A DNA stretch of 64,000 nucleotides, from positions 17,794,001 to 17,858,000 of the forward strand of contig OX597816.1 in assembly GCA_951406725.2 (NCBI GenBank), in the 5' to 3' direction. This document shows positions 25,425-39,741 of this stretch, piece by piece (the stretch's first letter is position 1; every line of letters begins with the position of its first letter). Source of the stretch: Octopus vulgaris. Taxonomy: Eukaryota. Under the pieces are notes generated by a model. It was not told where the DNA came from and searched no databases. It was given only the letters and a program-made list of their open reading frames with translations. A program made the translations under genes and the position numbers.

Positions 25425-25661
25425 TGGTGATTTTCTAAAATGCTTAAAATTTGTTATCTTAATTTTAGAATAACAAAAACAGCGCAGTTATGGCCGTGTG
25501 TTTAAGAAGCGTGCTTTGCAACCAGTTGGTTTGGAGTTGAGTGCCACTGCGCATTACCTTGAGTAGGTGTCTTATATTACTATACTATAGGCCCGGGCCT
25601 AATGACACTGTGAATGACTTCATGAATTCGGCTGACAGAAACTGTGTGAAAGCTCGTCATT

Positions 25662-26038
25662 TGGACCCTGGGATATGGAACGCACTGTTTAAATACTAAT
25701 CTTGAGAAATTAGGCTTCTCGAATTCAGAAAGTAGAAAGCTAATTTGAAGATTATAGATACAGTCCATCAGTGGAACTGTAAAAATCTGTAAAACTTTCC
25801 AGATGTTCATCATTTAAATATATATGAGCATGTCTAGATATGCAACTATATGCATGAGAAGATATACATAAAACAAAACATACAAATCTGCATACATATA
25901 TACATACATACATGCATACATACAAAAATAGCCTGTTCTTCATGTTTAAATTCCAATGAAGGAACCTTGGATCTAGGTTAGAAACCGGCTCTTTCTCTAT
26001 TGGCAAAAAAATCTTGAAATTAAAACTGAATAATGTCA
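25662..26038 (+). mobile_element. 3' end of a probable RLE-type non-LTR retrotransposon ending in (CATA)n
   Basis: LGYGTHCLNTNLEKLGFSNSESRKLI*RL*IQSISGTVKICKTF, then UTR and (CATA)n. Confidence 0.55.
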
Positions 26039-26207
26039 CATACATACATACATACATACATACATACATACATACATACATACATACATAATACATGCAT
26101 GCATACATACATGCATACATACATACATACATACAAACATATATAAGTATATATATTGGCGATTTTTTTCCTCCGTCTACCCTTCCTTGGATCTTTCCTT
26201 TTCCTAT

Positions 26208-26242
26208 GTTTCTGACGAAGAGCCCCGCTCGAAACGTTAAAT
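26208..26242 (+). ncRNA. Minimal type I hammerhead ribozyme motif (family H2)
   Basis: GTTT-CTGACGA-A-GAGC-CCC-GCTC-GAA-ACGT-T-AAAT; self-complementary ACGT stem III. Confidence 0.65.
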
Positions 26243-26343
26243 CCTCCTCCTTTCTTCCCTTTCCTGAGCCTCATATAACACTATACTTGTTTCACGTCCT
26301 CCCCTTCTTGTGTTTTCTTGTTGTGTTTTCATGTTTGGATTAA

Positions 26344-26410
<67 letters not shown>

Positions 26411-26970
26411 AGCTATATATGAGTGTGTGTGTGTGTGTGTGTGTATTTACATACACACATTTATATGTGCGTGTGGCTTTGTGCTTGTGTTTGTTTCCTC
26501 TCTCAACTCTTGCTTTGTTTACCTCAACCTTTCGTCTAATGACGAATAAGTACCAGGCCTAAAAATATAGGGCCTGTCAGTTTGTCTTTGTAAACTCTTC
26601 ACAGCAGTGCCACAGCGTGGGCCACAATCCAGTGTCAGGAACAATAGTAAGCTTTCTGAATTTGTTTATCATCATATAAAACAGAGTTGGTGTCTATGAA
26701 ATTCCACTCAAATTCATTGGACAAGACTAGGCAACACTCATCCAAGGTGCCGTACAATGCAAACAATGTAGGGACCAAGAATTGGTGAAGAGAGTAATTC
26801 CTGCATACGCCGCAGTTCCTGTGTTTATATACTTAGCCGTTAATGCAAATGTTAAATAAACAATGTAAACGTTATTTAAGCAAGAAAAACGAAACAAAAA
26901 AAACAGATACATTTAAAACGAGAAAACGCTGTACTAAATTAGAAAACTTTGGAATAATTAAATGCACTTT

Positions 26971-27121
<151 letters not shown>

Positions 27122-27132
27122 ATATATATATC

Positions 27133-27202
<70 letters not shown>

Positions 27203-27742
27203 CATATTATATCATATTTAATTAAAAGTGTGATATTTTTCCTGATTGTATTACAAGGATATCAGCTTTGGGGAAGTATGAAAGTTAAAATCTCTATGCA
27301 TTGATGGGAAGAACAAAGAGAAGATTAATTATGGCTGTAATTAAGAGGAAGGTCTCTGTTATATGATATATATTTTATCGGAGGTGATTTTCAACGAGAA
27401 ATCTTTCGATTAAATGTCGTATCTTTTAGTACCTATTAAATATATCTAGTTTCCATGCAAATAGCTTCAAACGCTTGTGAGTTGAGATTACGCTACGCCA
27501 TATATATTGACATTCGAATACAGAAACCTACAGGAGGAGAGAAGCGGGTAGAGACATGGAAGGGAAAGAGAGTGAGCGAAAGACAGAGAGAGAGAAAGAG
27601 AGAGAGAGAGAGTGAGAGAGAGAGATTGAAAGCAGAGAGACTGAGACGGAGAGATGCCGATAAAACAAGGAAATAAAAAGGACATAAATAAATATACATC
27701 CGTTAGTTTGTAAAACTATATGTACGATTACATACATGATAA

Positions 27743-27773
<31 letters not shown>

Positions 27774-27960
27774 CATATTAATATATATATTTATGTATAT
27801 ATATATATATATGTATGCATATATATATACGTTTGTGTGTATATATACATATACATACTCATACATGTATACCTGTAAATAGTCTTGCGCATATATGCGT
27901 ATCTCTTTCCCCCTCTCTCTCTATATATAAAGGCATATTCATATATATATATATGTATGC

Positions 27961-28008
<48 letters not shown>

Positions 28009-28146
28009 TAATATGTGCATATATATACACACACACATTGTTACAAGTTTATGCGTTTACAAAAATGTATACATGCAATTATAGATATAAGTGCATATGT
28101 ATACACATTTACACAAAATTATACAGATTATTATCTCTGTATAATC

Positions 28147-28187
<41 letters not shown>

Positions 28188-28236
28188 TATATAAATCTGT
28201 ATATATTATTGTTCATCATATACATGTACATATGAC

Positions 28237-28289
<53 letters not shown>

Positions 28290-28296
28290 ATGTATG

Positions 28297-28345
<49 letters not shown>

Positions 28346-28709
28346 GTCTATGTGTTTGTACACCGATATATAGGCACACATACACACACATGTACTTTCT
28401 TTTGAAGCTACCACCACTCGGCAACGGTGTGTGCTTTGCTAAACATAACATGTCAGTTTATTGATGCATTGTACAGAGATTCACTGACGACTACTGTTGT
28501 GATTTTTATCTCTCCAAGTGTCACAGTATGACATTATCGTCTTCATCTGCGGTCTAGGAAAGCTTTACACCATGAAAGTATTATTTATACTATCCCCAGC
28601 GATCGATCTGATTGTAAATATAATTTTACACAGGAACATATATACATTCATACACACACGCACACACACACACATATATATGTATATGTATATATATGCA
28701 TGTGTGTAT

Positions 28710-28752
<43 letters not shown>

Positions 28753-28798
28753 TATATATGTATATATATGTATGTTTGAATATATATATAGGTATATC

Positions 28799-28847
<49 letters not shown>

Positions 28848-28848
28848 G

Positions 28849-28889
<41 letters not shown>

Positions 28890-28890
28890 A

Positions 28891-28959
<69 letters not shown>

Positions 28960-29081
28960 ATATCTCTCTCTATATATATATAGGTATATCTGTATGTAGG
29001 TACGTATGTATATATATATATATATGTGTGTGTATATTTATACACATATAATGAATTTGTATGTATATGAGTGTGTTTCTC

Positions 29082-29126
<45 letters not shown>

Positions 29127-29258
29127 ATGTATGTAAGAACGTATCTTAAAGTGTATGTGTTCATACGTCACTCAGTTAGGTAGAAGCATGATCTGGATAG
29201 ATAACGTATGATTAAAAGTGTGACTTACTAAGTACATCAGTCTCTAAATCTATTTATC

Positions 29259-29292
<34 letters not shown>

Positions 29293-30109
29293 TACGCTCA
29301 TATATGCGCATATAAATGTACGTACATGCTTACAGGTGTATATCTGTTTCTGTGTTCGAATATATACATTTATACAGACAAGCATATATTTATGCTTACA
29401 AGAGCATACCAGTATAAATATACACGCATGCAGATATAGATATATCAATATTGGAAATTTTAGTGAGAGCGTTTTCTGCATAAAGAAATATAGAGCTAAG
29501 TGCTATCTAACGTATTTTAAAGGAACCGATATTTTTTCAATAAAATAACGTTACACTAACAAGGAGAAAGTTAATGTTTTCAGTATTAACGATATTTTGC
29601 TTAAAATGCAGGATGGAGGTGAGCGGCGAGATTATAATTGACTAAAAATATAATGGTGACATACAAGAGATAAACTGCTCTTTCTTCCATTTGGGCACAA
29701 TTTCAGAGAGGATTGAATCACGTAGATATTTGTGGCTTATCACAATCAACGTTTAACAACTAGAGCGTATACTAACCTCAAGCGCATATTTTCATGAGAA
29801 AATAATTCCCTGATTAGGTAATTTCAAATGGTGATATATGAAATATTTTCAAGAGTAGTGTCTGCACGAGAAATGTATAGTAAATTACAGGCTATCATAG
29901 TTTGTGTAGTATGTAGAAAATGACTTTAAAACAATCGATGTTATACTTATAACTCTTCCAAACTTTCACACAAGGTAAGTAGGTTTAGGTGAAGTGTACA
30001 ACGAGATCATCTGATTCTGTATACAACTAGTACGACCTCAACAAGAGGTAGAAGCATGATATGGATAGATAACAAGAGGTCGTACTTAAGGAGTCGGAAG
30101 AAAGTACCT

Positions 30110-30342
30110 GTTTCTTTATTACCCACAAGGGGCTAAACACAGAGGGGACAAACAAGGACAGACAAACGGATTAAGTTGATTATATCGACCCTAGTGCGTA
30201 ACTGGTACTTATTTAATCGATCTCGAAATGATGAAAGGCAAAGTCGACCTCGGCGGAATTTGAACTCAGAACGTAACGGCAGACGAAATACGGCTACGCA
30301 TTTCGCCCAGCGTGCTAACGACTCTGCCAGCTCGCCGGCTTA
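30110..30342 (-). mobile_element. SINE family B with TSD AAGAAAGTACC
   Basis: Full copy with flanking direct repeat. Confidence 0.92.
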
Positions 30343-31093
30343 AGAAAGTACCGTTAATCGTTTTACCCTACGCGTTAACGAATCTGCCATCTCACCGCCT
30401 GTTTTAAGGCAAATAATGGGAAGAAACTATCACTTTAGCTCATCTCCTGTCTATCTCGATTTCATCTTCAGTTGTTTGAAATTTTAAAGTTCTTGCCTTT
30501 GTATCTGTTGCGACGTATTTTCATTAACGAAAACGACTTTTTCTTCTCATTACGAGAATATTTTCAATTGATTAAAATGATTATCGTTCACTACGTTAAG
30601 TATATTAGCCTGCACCGTTGGGAAATTTCCAAATGTCGTTATTTTAAATTACCTAATCATTGAATCACTTTTGCTGCAAAACTATATCCACTTCACTTCA
30701 CACTATGCTGTGGTCTGGCAGTTAATTGCTCATTATACTTTGCTGAGAAGATATAATTGTTTCTAATATAGACACAAGCCTGAAATATTAGGGGAGCCGT
30801 TAAAGCGGCTGAGATAGATTTCAGTGCATGTATGGTATATTATTTTATCGACTTCGAAATGATGAAAGCAAAGCTGACCTCAGCGGAATTTGTGCTCAAA
30901 AGTGGTTTCCATTTTGAAGAAAATGTCAACTGCTTCGAGAAGTGACTAATCGATATAGTTGACTCCACACGACTTCACCGGAATTTTATTTACGAACTGC
31001 GAAGGTATGAACAGCACAGTAGGCATTGGTGGGTTTTCGCACAGAATGTAAAGAGCCCGAAATATTACGTCATCGTATTTTACCTATACGAAC

Positions 31094-31445
31094 CAGTTAG
31101 TTCTCAACCGGGGTCAGTTTGACCCCCGAGGGCCCATATAAGGTTTTTAGGGGTCCCCGAAAGAAAACGGTACATTTGGGATCCACAATATTAGTTTAAG
31201 AGACCCTCAAAAAATTTTGCTTTAAATATATGTATTGATATGTATTACAAGAAAGAGCTAGGTGTATTTCTCTAATACTTTATATAATTTAACCTACACA
31301 AGTTAATGTGTGAACATCACAACAGGAATTTTGAAAGCAGTTTCTATAAAACTAGTTATTAAGCATCGAATAGCTATGGGGTCCACCAAAATGAAATAGC
31401 AATCAAAGGGGTCCATAAATAGAAAATTGTTGAGACCCTTCCCTG
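31094..31445. mobile_element. hAT-like MITE
   Basis: Imperfect ends CAGTTAGTTCTCAAC / GTTGAGACCCTTCCCTG with GGGGTCC subterminal repeats. Confidence 0.55.
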
Positions 31446-31868
31446 ATATATACTAATACTTAAACGATTCTGTCAGGTTGCTGACTTACGAATTATAATC
31501 ATTTCTAAGGCTGCGATCTAGCAGAATCGTTAGCACGTCGAAGAAAATGCTTAGCGGCACTGCGCCCGTCTTCACGTTCTGAGTTCAAATTCCGCTCAGG
31601 TCGACTTTACTTTTCATCTTCCTGGGAGTTGATAAAATAGGCAACAGCCGAGCACTTGGGTTTGACGCAATCAGCTTACTATCTCCCGGAAATTGCTGGC
31701 CTTGTGCTAAAATTTAAATCAATAGTCATAATCGTTTCTAACTTAGGTACAAGGCCAGCAATTTTGAGGAGAGAACAGTTGGTATTATCAACGCCCTTAC
31801 TACAGACCTGACGTGTGTGAAAGAAAGCAAAACAAATAGTGAAGGGCAAATAAATCAAAATTAACATT

Positions 31869-32246
31869 GCTTACCAACCATATGGTTCCGGGTTTAGTTC
31901 CATTGTGAGGCACCTTGGCAAGTGTCTTCTACTATAGCCTCGGGCCGACCAAAGCCTTGTGAGTGGATTTGGTAGACGGAAACTGAAAGAAGCCTGTCGT
32001 ATATATTTACATATATGTGTGTGTGTGTGTGTATATGTTTGTGTGTCTGTGTTTGTCCCCCCAACATCGCTTGACAACCGATAGTGGTGTGTTTATGTAC
32101 CTGTAGCTTAGCGGTTCGGCAAAAGAGACCGATAGAATAAGTACTAGGCTTCCAAAGAATAAGTCCTGGTGTCGATTTTCTCGACTAAAGCGGTGCCTCA
32201 AGCATGGCCTCAGTCAAATGACTGAAAGAAGTAAAAGAGTAAAAGA
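31869..32246 (+). mobile_element. SINE family A, 5'-clipped
   Basis: Colinear with 17359-17797. Confidence 0.9.
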
Positions 32247-32416
32247 ATTCTTGAATATAGAATATTAAATAAGATAAGAGCTTTTGAAGACAATGGTGGA
32301 GCTCCGGACTACATTTTCCGAAACATATTTCTGCTTACCTACTCAATACCGATTTGAGGAAAATTTTGTATGGCAATACTCCAATGGTGAATACCACGCA
32401 TATTATGGAGGTCATT

Positions 32417-32801
32417 GTGGAGGCGCAATGGCCCACTGGTTAGGGCAGTGGACACGCGGTCATAGGATCGCGGTTTCGATTCCCAGACCGGGCGTTGTGA
32501 GTGTTTATTGAGCGAAAACACCTAAAAGCTCCACGAGGCTCCGGCAGGGGATGGTGATGATCCCTGCTGTACTCTTTCACCACAACTTTCTCTCACTCTT
32601 ACTTCCTGTTTCTGTTGTACCTGTATTTCAAAGGGCCGGCCTTGTCACTCTCTGTGTCACGCTGAATATCCCCAAGAACTACGTTAAGGGTTCACGTGTC
32701 TGTGGAGTGCTCAGCCACTTACACGTTAATTTCACGAGCAGGCTGTTCCGTTGATTCGGATCAACCGGGACCCTCATCGTCGTAACCGACGGAGTGCTTC
32801 C
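32417..32801 (+). mobile_element. SINE family C, 13-bp TSD
   Basis: TSD TATGGAGGTCATT. Confidence 0.93.
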
Positions 32802-33671
32802 ATATGGAGGTCATTTCAATCAAATATACCATTTCCTTTAAAAAAAATGAATAAACAAAAGTATCACGTGAACCTGTGACTACCTAAAAACCCAAAATCT
32901 TTATAATTCCCATATATTCTGATAACATGTTCTTATTGGTTGGGATTTAAAATCATAAATTACACATTTCTACTCAATATTGACATTTCCATGAATCTGA
33001 TATTATTCTTAGGAATATATACGGTTAAAAGTTCGATGTTATATGACAGCATTTGCACATATTTAACACAGAGAAAACGGATATTGGCTCTACTGTTATT
33101 AATTTCATTTGAAATATTCTTTTTCTCAGAGGAGCGCCTTTTATTAATGTATTGACACTTAGTCGAATAGTTTAAACGCGCCAATATCTATTGAACAATG
33201 GCATTAAATAATTATTATATATCGTGTCTGCTTGTTATTTATTGATATATTTCACTGATACAAGATGTTATACTTAGAGAAAGAAGAAGAGGAAGATTTT
33301 GTTGACGGTTCACGCATTTTTGAAAAGCATTTGCTGTGAAGGATATATTGAAATAACTGAGAATGTCGCCTATATGTCGTTAATCTACGGTGCCGCACAG
33401 TTCGAAGTTTCGTGTATTACAGACAGGCATTCATGCATTGATGCAGGCATATAAACATTCACACATACAATCATTGATAGATACATACATACATTGATGC
33501 ATACATTTATACATGCATACATACAAACATAAATGCGTATATTCATACATATGTTTATACATGCATACTTACACCCATATATACATACATGTATATATAC
33601 GTTTATACAATGCATGATTGATCGCTAGCCACTAAACGATTTTTATTTTCTCTCTGCTTATTTCTGTGTTC

Positions 33672-33707
33672 CTTTCTGTTGAAGAGCGTAGGCTCGAAAC
33701 ATAAAAG
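33672..33707 (+). ncRNA. Variant minimal hammerhead-like motif (H2)
   Basis: CTTT-CTGTTGA-A-GAGC-GTAG-GCTC-GAAACATA-AAAG. Confidence 0.5.
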
Positions 33708-33869
33708 ACTTTCTCACTTCCCGAGCGTTAATCTAATCCATATCTTTGTTGTTTACACACCCGTTTGTGTCCTTTGTTTTTTTTTGTAAATTCCAGCTAT
33801 ACAATACTTATGTGTGTGTGTGTGTTTGTGTGTGTGTATATGTGTGTGTGTGTGTGCGTGCGTGCGTGT

Positions 33870-33919
<50 letters not shown>

Positions 33920-34106
33920 CTTTTAATACTTTTGATATATATTTAAAATAATATAAATTAATTAATTTTATGTATTGGCTTATGTTTTTCATTGTTTGAT
34001 TTGCCTAATAGGGGTTTTATCTCTAATTTAATATAATATATATATATATATAACTGACACACACACACATATATATATATATATAGCTGACACACACACA
34101 CACACA

Positions 34107-34188
<82 letters not shown>

Positions 34189-34235
34189 GAGTGTGTCAGC
34201 TGGCCATACACGGTATGGGAGACCGAACATGCCTT

Positions 34236-34630
34236 CAGTCGGATCTGTTTGCTGTTGTCCTGTTGTCCAATGGGCGGAAAAGATCAATATGCTTCTAAAT
34301 GAATTTGATCCACCTTGGAAAAAAGCATACTCTGAAACTACCTAATGCTCTTCTCTCGGGCGACTCCCTAGTGTCATCCGACAACACCACAGACCTTGAA
34401 GTAATTGTTGATAACAATCTAAACTGGAGTTCCTAAGTAAACAGCAGGATTGACTTAGCCTGTAAGATCTGCTTCTGGATTCTAAGAATTTTCCGGTCTA
34501 GAGATGCCCACTCCATCACCCTTCTCTACTCTACTTTTGCCTGGCCGCACCTTGAATACTGTTGCCCACTGTGGCCTTCCCGCACGAAGCAACTCATTAT
34601 GAAAGTGGAAGCACTCCAGAGGTCAACAAC
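34236..34630 (+). mobile_element. CR1-like LINE reverse transcriptase C-terminal fragment
   Basis: DLEVIVDNNLNWSS*V...ILRIFRSRDAHSITLLYSTFAWPHLEYCCPLW...KVEALQR. Confidence 0.85.
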
Positions 34631-34816
34631 AAGTGGCCCTATTATCGATTCGTTTCAACAATCTGAGTATGCCATGAGGTTTACAGACATGAGTTCTACT
34701 CACGTGTCAAGTTTCATCAAAATCGATAAAACGATGTAGGAATGTAAGAGGAATTAGCTAATAACTCCACAAATACACCCACGGACAGAATTTCTCACAT
34801 ATAGTAGATTTTTCTT

Positions 34817-34882
<66 letters not shown>

Positions 34883-35200
34883 GATGTGTGTGTATGCGCG
34901 TGTGTGTGTGCATACACAGTCAGTTGGAGAGTGCTAAATAAGATCAGTATAGAAACCGAAAAGTAATACTTCAATGAATTAGAACTTATATTCTGATTTC
35001 TTCATCCAGTGTTAGGGCCGCGACTTCAAAAGTGGCTTTAAAAGAATTCCAAATCGATGTAATAGCGGCTATTGATGTTAAGGAATACATTTCACAACCT
35101 TGAGGAAGAGGTCGAAATTTAAATTCTAACTTAATCGAGCACTATCTCTTTCTCTCTCTCTCTCTCTCTCTTGATATATATATATATATATATATATATA

Positions 35201-35545
35201 TCATGGCTCAGTGGTTAGAGCGTCGAGCTTACGATCGTGAGGTTGTGAGCTCGAATCCCGGACGTGGCTGCGTGTTGTGTTCTTGAGCAAGGCACTTTAT
35301 TTCACGTTGCTCCAGTTCACTCAGCTGTAGAAATGAGTTGCGACGTCACAGGTGCCAAGCTGTATCGGCCCTTGCCTTTCCCTTGGACAACATCGGTGAC
35401 GTGGAGAGGGAGGCCGGTATGCATGGGCGACTGCTGGTCTTCCATAAAACAACCTTGCCCAGACTTGTGCCTCAGAGGGTATCTCTCTAGGTGCAAACCC
35501 ATGGTCAGTGCCTGACCGAAGGGGGTCTTTACCCTTTTACCCTTA
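35201..35545 (+). mobile_element. tRNA-derived CORE-like SINE (family D)
   Basis: TGGCTCAGTGG A-box, GCTCGAATCC B-box-like, TGTTCTTGAGCAAGGCACTTT core, (TTTACCC) tail. Confidence 0.85.
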
Positions 35546-35962
35546 TATATATAATTAAATAATAAGGGTGGAAATTGATATTAATCAATAAAAAACAGTG
35601 GCTTAGCATATTTTAAAAATCTGAAGATTAAAAATTGTGTTACATACAAAATTAAGAGGATCGCTATTACCACGAAGAATGCGTTGTGAGATTTTTCTTG
35701 AGAACACATTCTTCGTGGTAATGGCGATTTGACGTCTATGTTTAGCATATTAGGTGTCTACTTTAGTGGTCATTCCTCTTAATTTTGTATATATATATAT
35801 AGTATTATTCTTACCAAATATATACGCTTTTATTATTATTTTGCAATATAATCATCGGTATATTATTGTTATTTTATGTTTAAGATTTCTATTATATGTA
35901 ATTTTCTAGATGGTGTAATTTAATTGTTCATTTTGAATTGAAAAAAAGTGTTTTTTTTTCTA

Positions 35963-36004
<42 letters not shown>

Positions 36005-36456
36005 TCTCTCACAAGACCAATTATATGATCAGGGTATACACTCTTGAATATGAATAATTATTTCTCTTAGTGTCATAGAGTAACACATGGGGGATAGCAA
36101 AGCATTGAGTAAATCGATCTTTTACATTTCTGTTTCCCCACAGATGAATAAAGTGCAACGTCGACTCTGGTGGGACTTGAATTTAAATGTAAAATAATGC
36201 AACTGAATATTGTATATCAATCCGTACACTGTTGCAATGATTTCTTGCCATTTATTACGCTTTTATAAACCGATACTGAAAGGCCATTTATCTGGTAAGA
36301 CAACGTATTTCCACATTAACAGAGAGATTTAGTATCGACTACAGGATGGTGGAAAGTAAATAAGAACGCTGTAGGATTAACGTTTTGATATTAATGAGAT
36401 ATAACTAGGAACTCTGGGTAGCCACTAATTAGGGTCTTTACCTCGTTGAGTATATT

Positions 36457-36686
36457 GCGAGCTGGCAGAAACGTTAGCACGCCGGACGAAATGCTTAGTG
36501 ACATTTCATCTGCCGTTACGTTCTGAGTTCAAATTCCGCCGATGTCGACTTTGCATTTCATCCGTTCGGGGTCGATAAATTAAGTACCAGTTACGCACTG
36601 GAGTCGATATAATCGCCTTAATCCGTCTGTCTGTCCTTGTTTGTCCCCTCTGTGTTTGGCCCCTTGTGGGTAGTAAAGAAATAGGT
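36457..36686 (+). mobile_element. SINE family B
   Basis: Colinear with 13168-13401. Confidence 0.9.
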
Positions 36687-37399
36687 AAGTGTTTCGGTTC
36701 TCTGTGTTCTGTGTTCATATCGCTACTGAGATAAACTCTGCCTCTCATTCGGAGGCGAAAAGTACTCTACTAGTCTTGAAATTGGGTAGATTCATACACC
36801 TGATTTAATCCCTTTTTATTTCCGTCCGTCTGTATCTTTATCTTCGAAAGAAATCAGTTGTTGTCAGAGGTGCAGATGGATAGATCTCGTCAGATCAACA
36901 AATGCTCCCAAAATCCGTGTCTCTACAATTACAATAAGGTATTGAGAGCTAAGGGAGCATAATTTTCCCATCATTTTTATGTACTGAGGTACGCGCCCCT
37001 GGACATTTTTATATAGCTCAATGGTGTTTTGATAAAAGTCATGATATTTCTAGAGATACCCAAATACTGGAGAAACAAAAGGAAGGAGAAGATATTACAC
37101 TAAGCCGGCGAGCTTGGCAGCATCGTTAGCACACCAGGAAATACGTTTATTTCGCCCGTCTTTAACTTCTGAGTTCAAACCACGCCGCTGTCGACTTTGC
37201 TTTTCATCCCTTCGGTGTCAATAAAATAAATACCAATTGAGCTCTAGCGTCGATGTAATTGTCTTGCCCTACATTCCCGAAATTGCTGGCCTTGTGCCAA
37301 AATTTAAAATCATTCTTAAACATTATCCTTGGTTCGAAAGATTGCAAGAGAGCAAACACTGCTAAGAGCAATCATAGGCCAGATTATGTTGTCAAACAG

Positions 37400-37790
37400 G
37401 GTGCGTCCCCAAAGTCCATCCCCTCCTCACCGTGGTGGCAACGGGTAGTGTCAGAGCTATGCCGTCAGGAACTTCGGTTCCTGGTAGGGCCACCCAAGGC
37501 GGAATGGTTTGACACCGAGTGGTATTAGGGCCACAATCCGGCAGACGGGGCTCTGCTGAAAATCCTCGGAGTGTCTGCTTCGGCAACCTGCGGCTCCTCG
37601 ATCATTCTGTCCCTGCGTCTGCGGACAGTCTGCGGCAAACAGGATATCTCCACATGCGGGATTGTTGGGGACCGCTTGTGAAATCCACATATTCCCACGA
37701 AACTTCTTCTATGAGTAGAAGAAGCCGACTCAACTCGCCCAGGGTGAATGTCACCACAAGTACAATTAAGTCAAACAGGGTGGCGACTTA
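37400..37790 (+). mobile_element. GC-rich fragment resembling an RTE/BovB-like 5' region
   Basis: GAGCTATGCCGT...TAGGGCCACCCAAGGCGGA resembles a motif I recall from BovB/RTE 5' ends. Confidence 0.5.
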
Positions 37791-38760
37791 GATCAATCAT
37801 TCGAGAAGAATCATATTTTATTCGACAGGTTTAGCAATGCGTCCAGCTTTTTGATATTTAAAAATATATCTTGGAGTTATTTGGGGCTATGGTAGAAACA
37901 TTTGTTCTACAGTTATATTACAGCTAATTCCATCAGATTGGGAATCCAAATTCATGACCACTTTAAATATGTACACCTTTTTATATAATTGCAGTGGAAT
38001 AATCTTTGTACATTTTTTCACGAGAGCAGAATCAGAAACTGCTAAATGAACATTTTAATCATTAAACGAAGCATTAATAACTTAAGTAGGAAAGAAAAAA
38101 ATAATGAGGCATTTAAACAGCGGCCACCATCAACGGTAAGCTCAATGAGCTGATAAGTGCTTGTTGATATTTAATGCGATTTCGAGAACTGTGTGTGTAT
38201 TTGTGTGTGTTTGTGTAGTGGTGATATGGCGGTCTTCTGGATACAGTTATGTTATTGCTCTAGATAGAATATACTGATTTGAATTACCATTAATTTGAAT
38301 AGACATACATAATTCGTTATCAACGACAGTTTCATCTAGCGTGTAATATTTACTTTGTCGTTCCTGTGCGTAATATTTCTCTCAGTTCCTGGTTCTTCAT
38401 AATCTATCTATCTATATATTGATATGAAGGAATTGTTTCTAAGTTTATTAATAAACTATGGAAGAATTTCTTCATTCCTTCCTTGCCACTATAACAGACC
38501 AAAAGTTCACAGACACTTATGTCCCTTCCCTCGTTGCAGTTTCCTTGTCGCTTTTTGTCGTTTGTTTTCTCATTCTTTCTCTCTTTTCTTCAAAAAGCAA
38601 CCACATTATGTCGTGAGTCTGAACAGTTGCCCAATAATACACAGCACGCTACTAAGCTCACCCAAATTGTAAGCATGAAATTTATAGTAGCTCAATTTCA
38701 AATGCTGTGTGTAGTAAATTATCTCTCTCTCTCTTCCTCTCTCTTCCTCTCCCTCCCTCC

Positions 38761-38810
<50 letters not shown>

Positions 38811-38889
38811 CGCCATGTTGATTCGCTAGCTTCTGCACGCATTTTTTTCTCTCCTTGTTTCTTTCTTTCTGTGTTTCTTTTCTGTGTAT

Positions 38890-38925
38890 CTTTCTGTTGA
38901 AGAACGTAGGCTCGAAACGTAAAAT
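38890..38925 (+). ncRNA. Variant minimal hammerhead-like motif (H2)
   Basis: TTT-CTGTTGA-A-GAAC-GTAG-GCTC-GAA-ACGT-A-AAA. Confidence 0.45.
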
Positions 38926-39034
38926 ACTTGTTTTATTTCTATTCCTGAGCGCCATACTAATACAATTGTTTGTTTGTATTTCACCTGCCTTCGTCTTTTG
39001 TTTATTTTCATAAAGCTTCCGGTTATATATATTT

Positions 39035-39080
<46 letters not shown>

Positions 39081-39110
39081 GTAAATATAATATGAGACAA
39101 TTATTCGGTA

Positions 39111-39180
39111 GCCATGATAAAACTCCGAGTTTCGGATGCCGAGGTGGAAATCCACACCGCCATCTCTTCAGTTATCCGGC
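39111..39180 (-). ncRNA. Type I hammerhead ribozyme motif (H1)
   Basis: Minus GATAA-CTGAAGA-GATG..GTGGA-TT-TCCAC..CATC-C-GAAAC-TCGGA-GTT-TTATC. Confidence 0.7.
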
Positions 39181-39707
39181 CAACGAAAAAATGCTATGAA
39201 AATGACCGTTAAACAAAGGGAAATTACTGTGTGATTGACCGTTATTAAGACAAAAGAACTATTAGAATAACCGCTAAGTGAGAGGAGGGAGTAAAAACGT
39301 TCATAGTATTCCCGTAAGCACGCATGTCCAGACCTAGACATGCGCGCCCGCACACCCACGTACATGCTCCAACAAGTGTATACTCATCTACCCTCACTTT
39401 AAACACACACATGCTCACACACACATTCGCCAAAAAAATATATAATACCCGCATAGACGCTAGCACACACACGTGCACAAAAAAGGTTCATAGACACGTC
39501 TATATACGGACATGCACAAGTAAAAACAGGGCTAAAGGCAATATACAGAAAAATGTATAAAAAAAGGGTAAAAATAAGCAGTAAGAGTAAAGCACGTTTA
39601 TATACGCACATACCCGTATGAACGCACACATTCACGTCTATATACGCGCACACCCGCACGCATCTATATAGGCGCACACACACACACGCAAAAAAAATTC
39701 ATACACA

Positions 39708-39741
<34 letters not shown>

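Noticed and set aside
25950-26005. CCAATGA..AACCT/AGGTT..GAAACCGG hammerhead look-alike
   Set aside because: Core is not CUGANGA, and CCAAT pairs with downstream ATTGG; better explained as a 3' UTR stem-loop
36851-36938. Possible 88-nt exon (AG...GT) with one open frame
   Set aside because: No recognisable protein motif or partner exons
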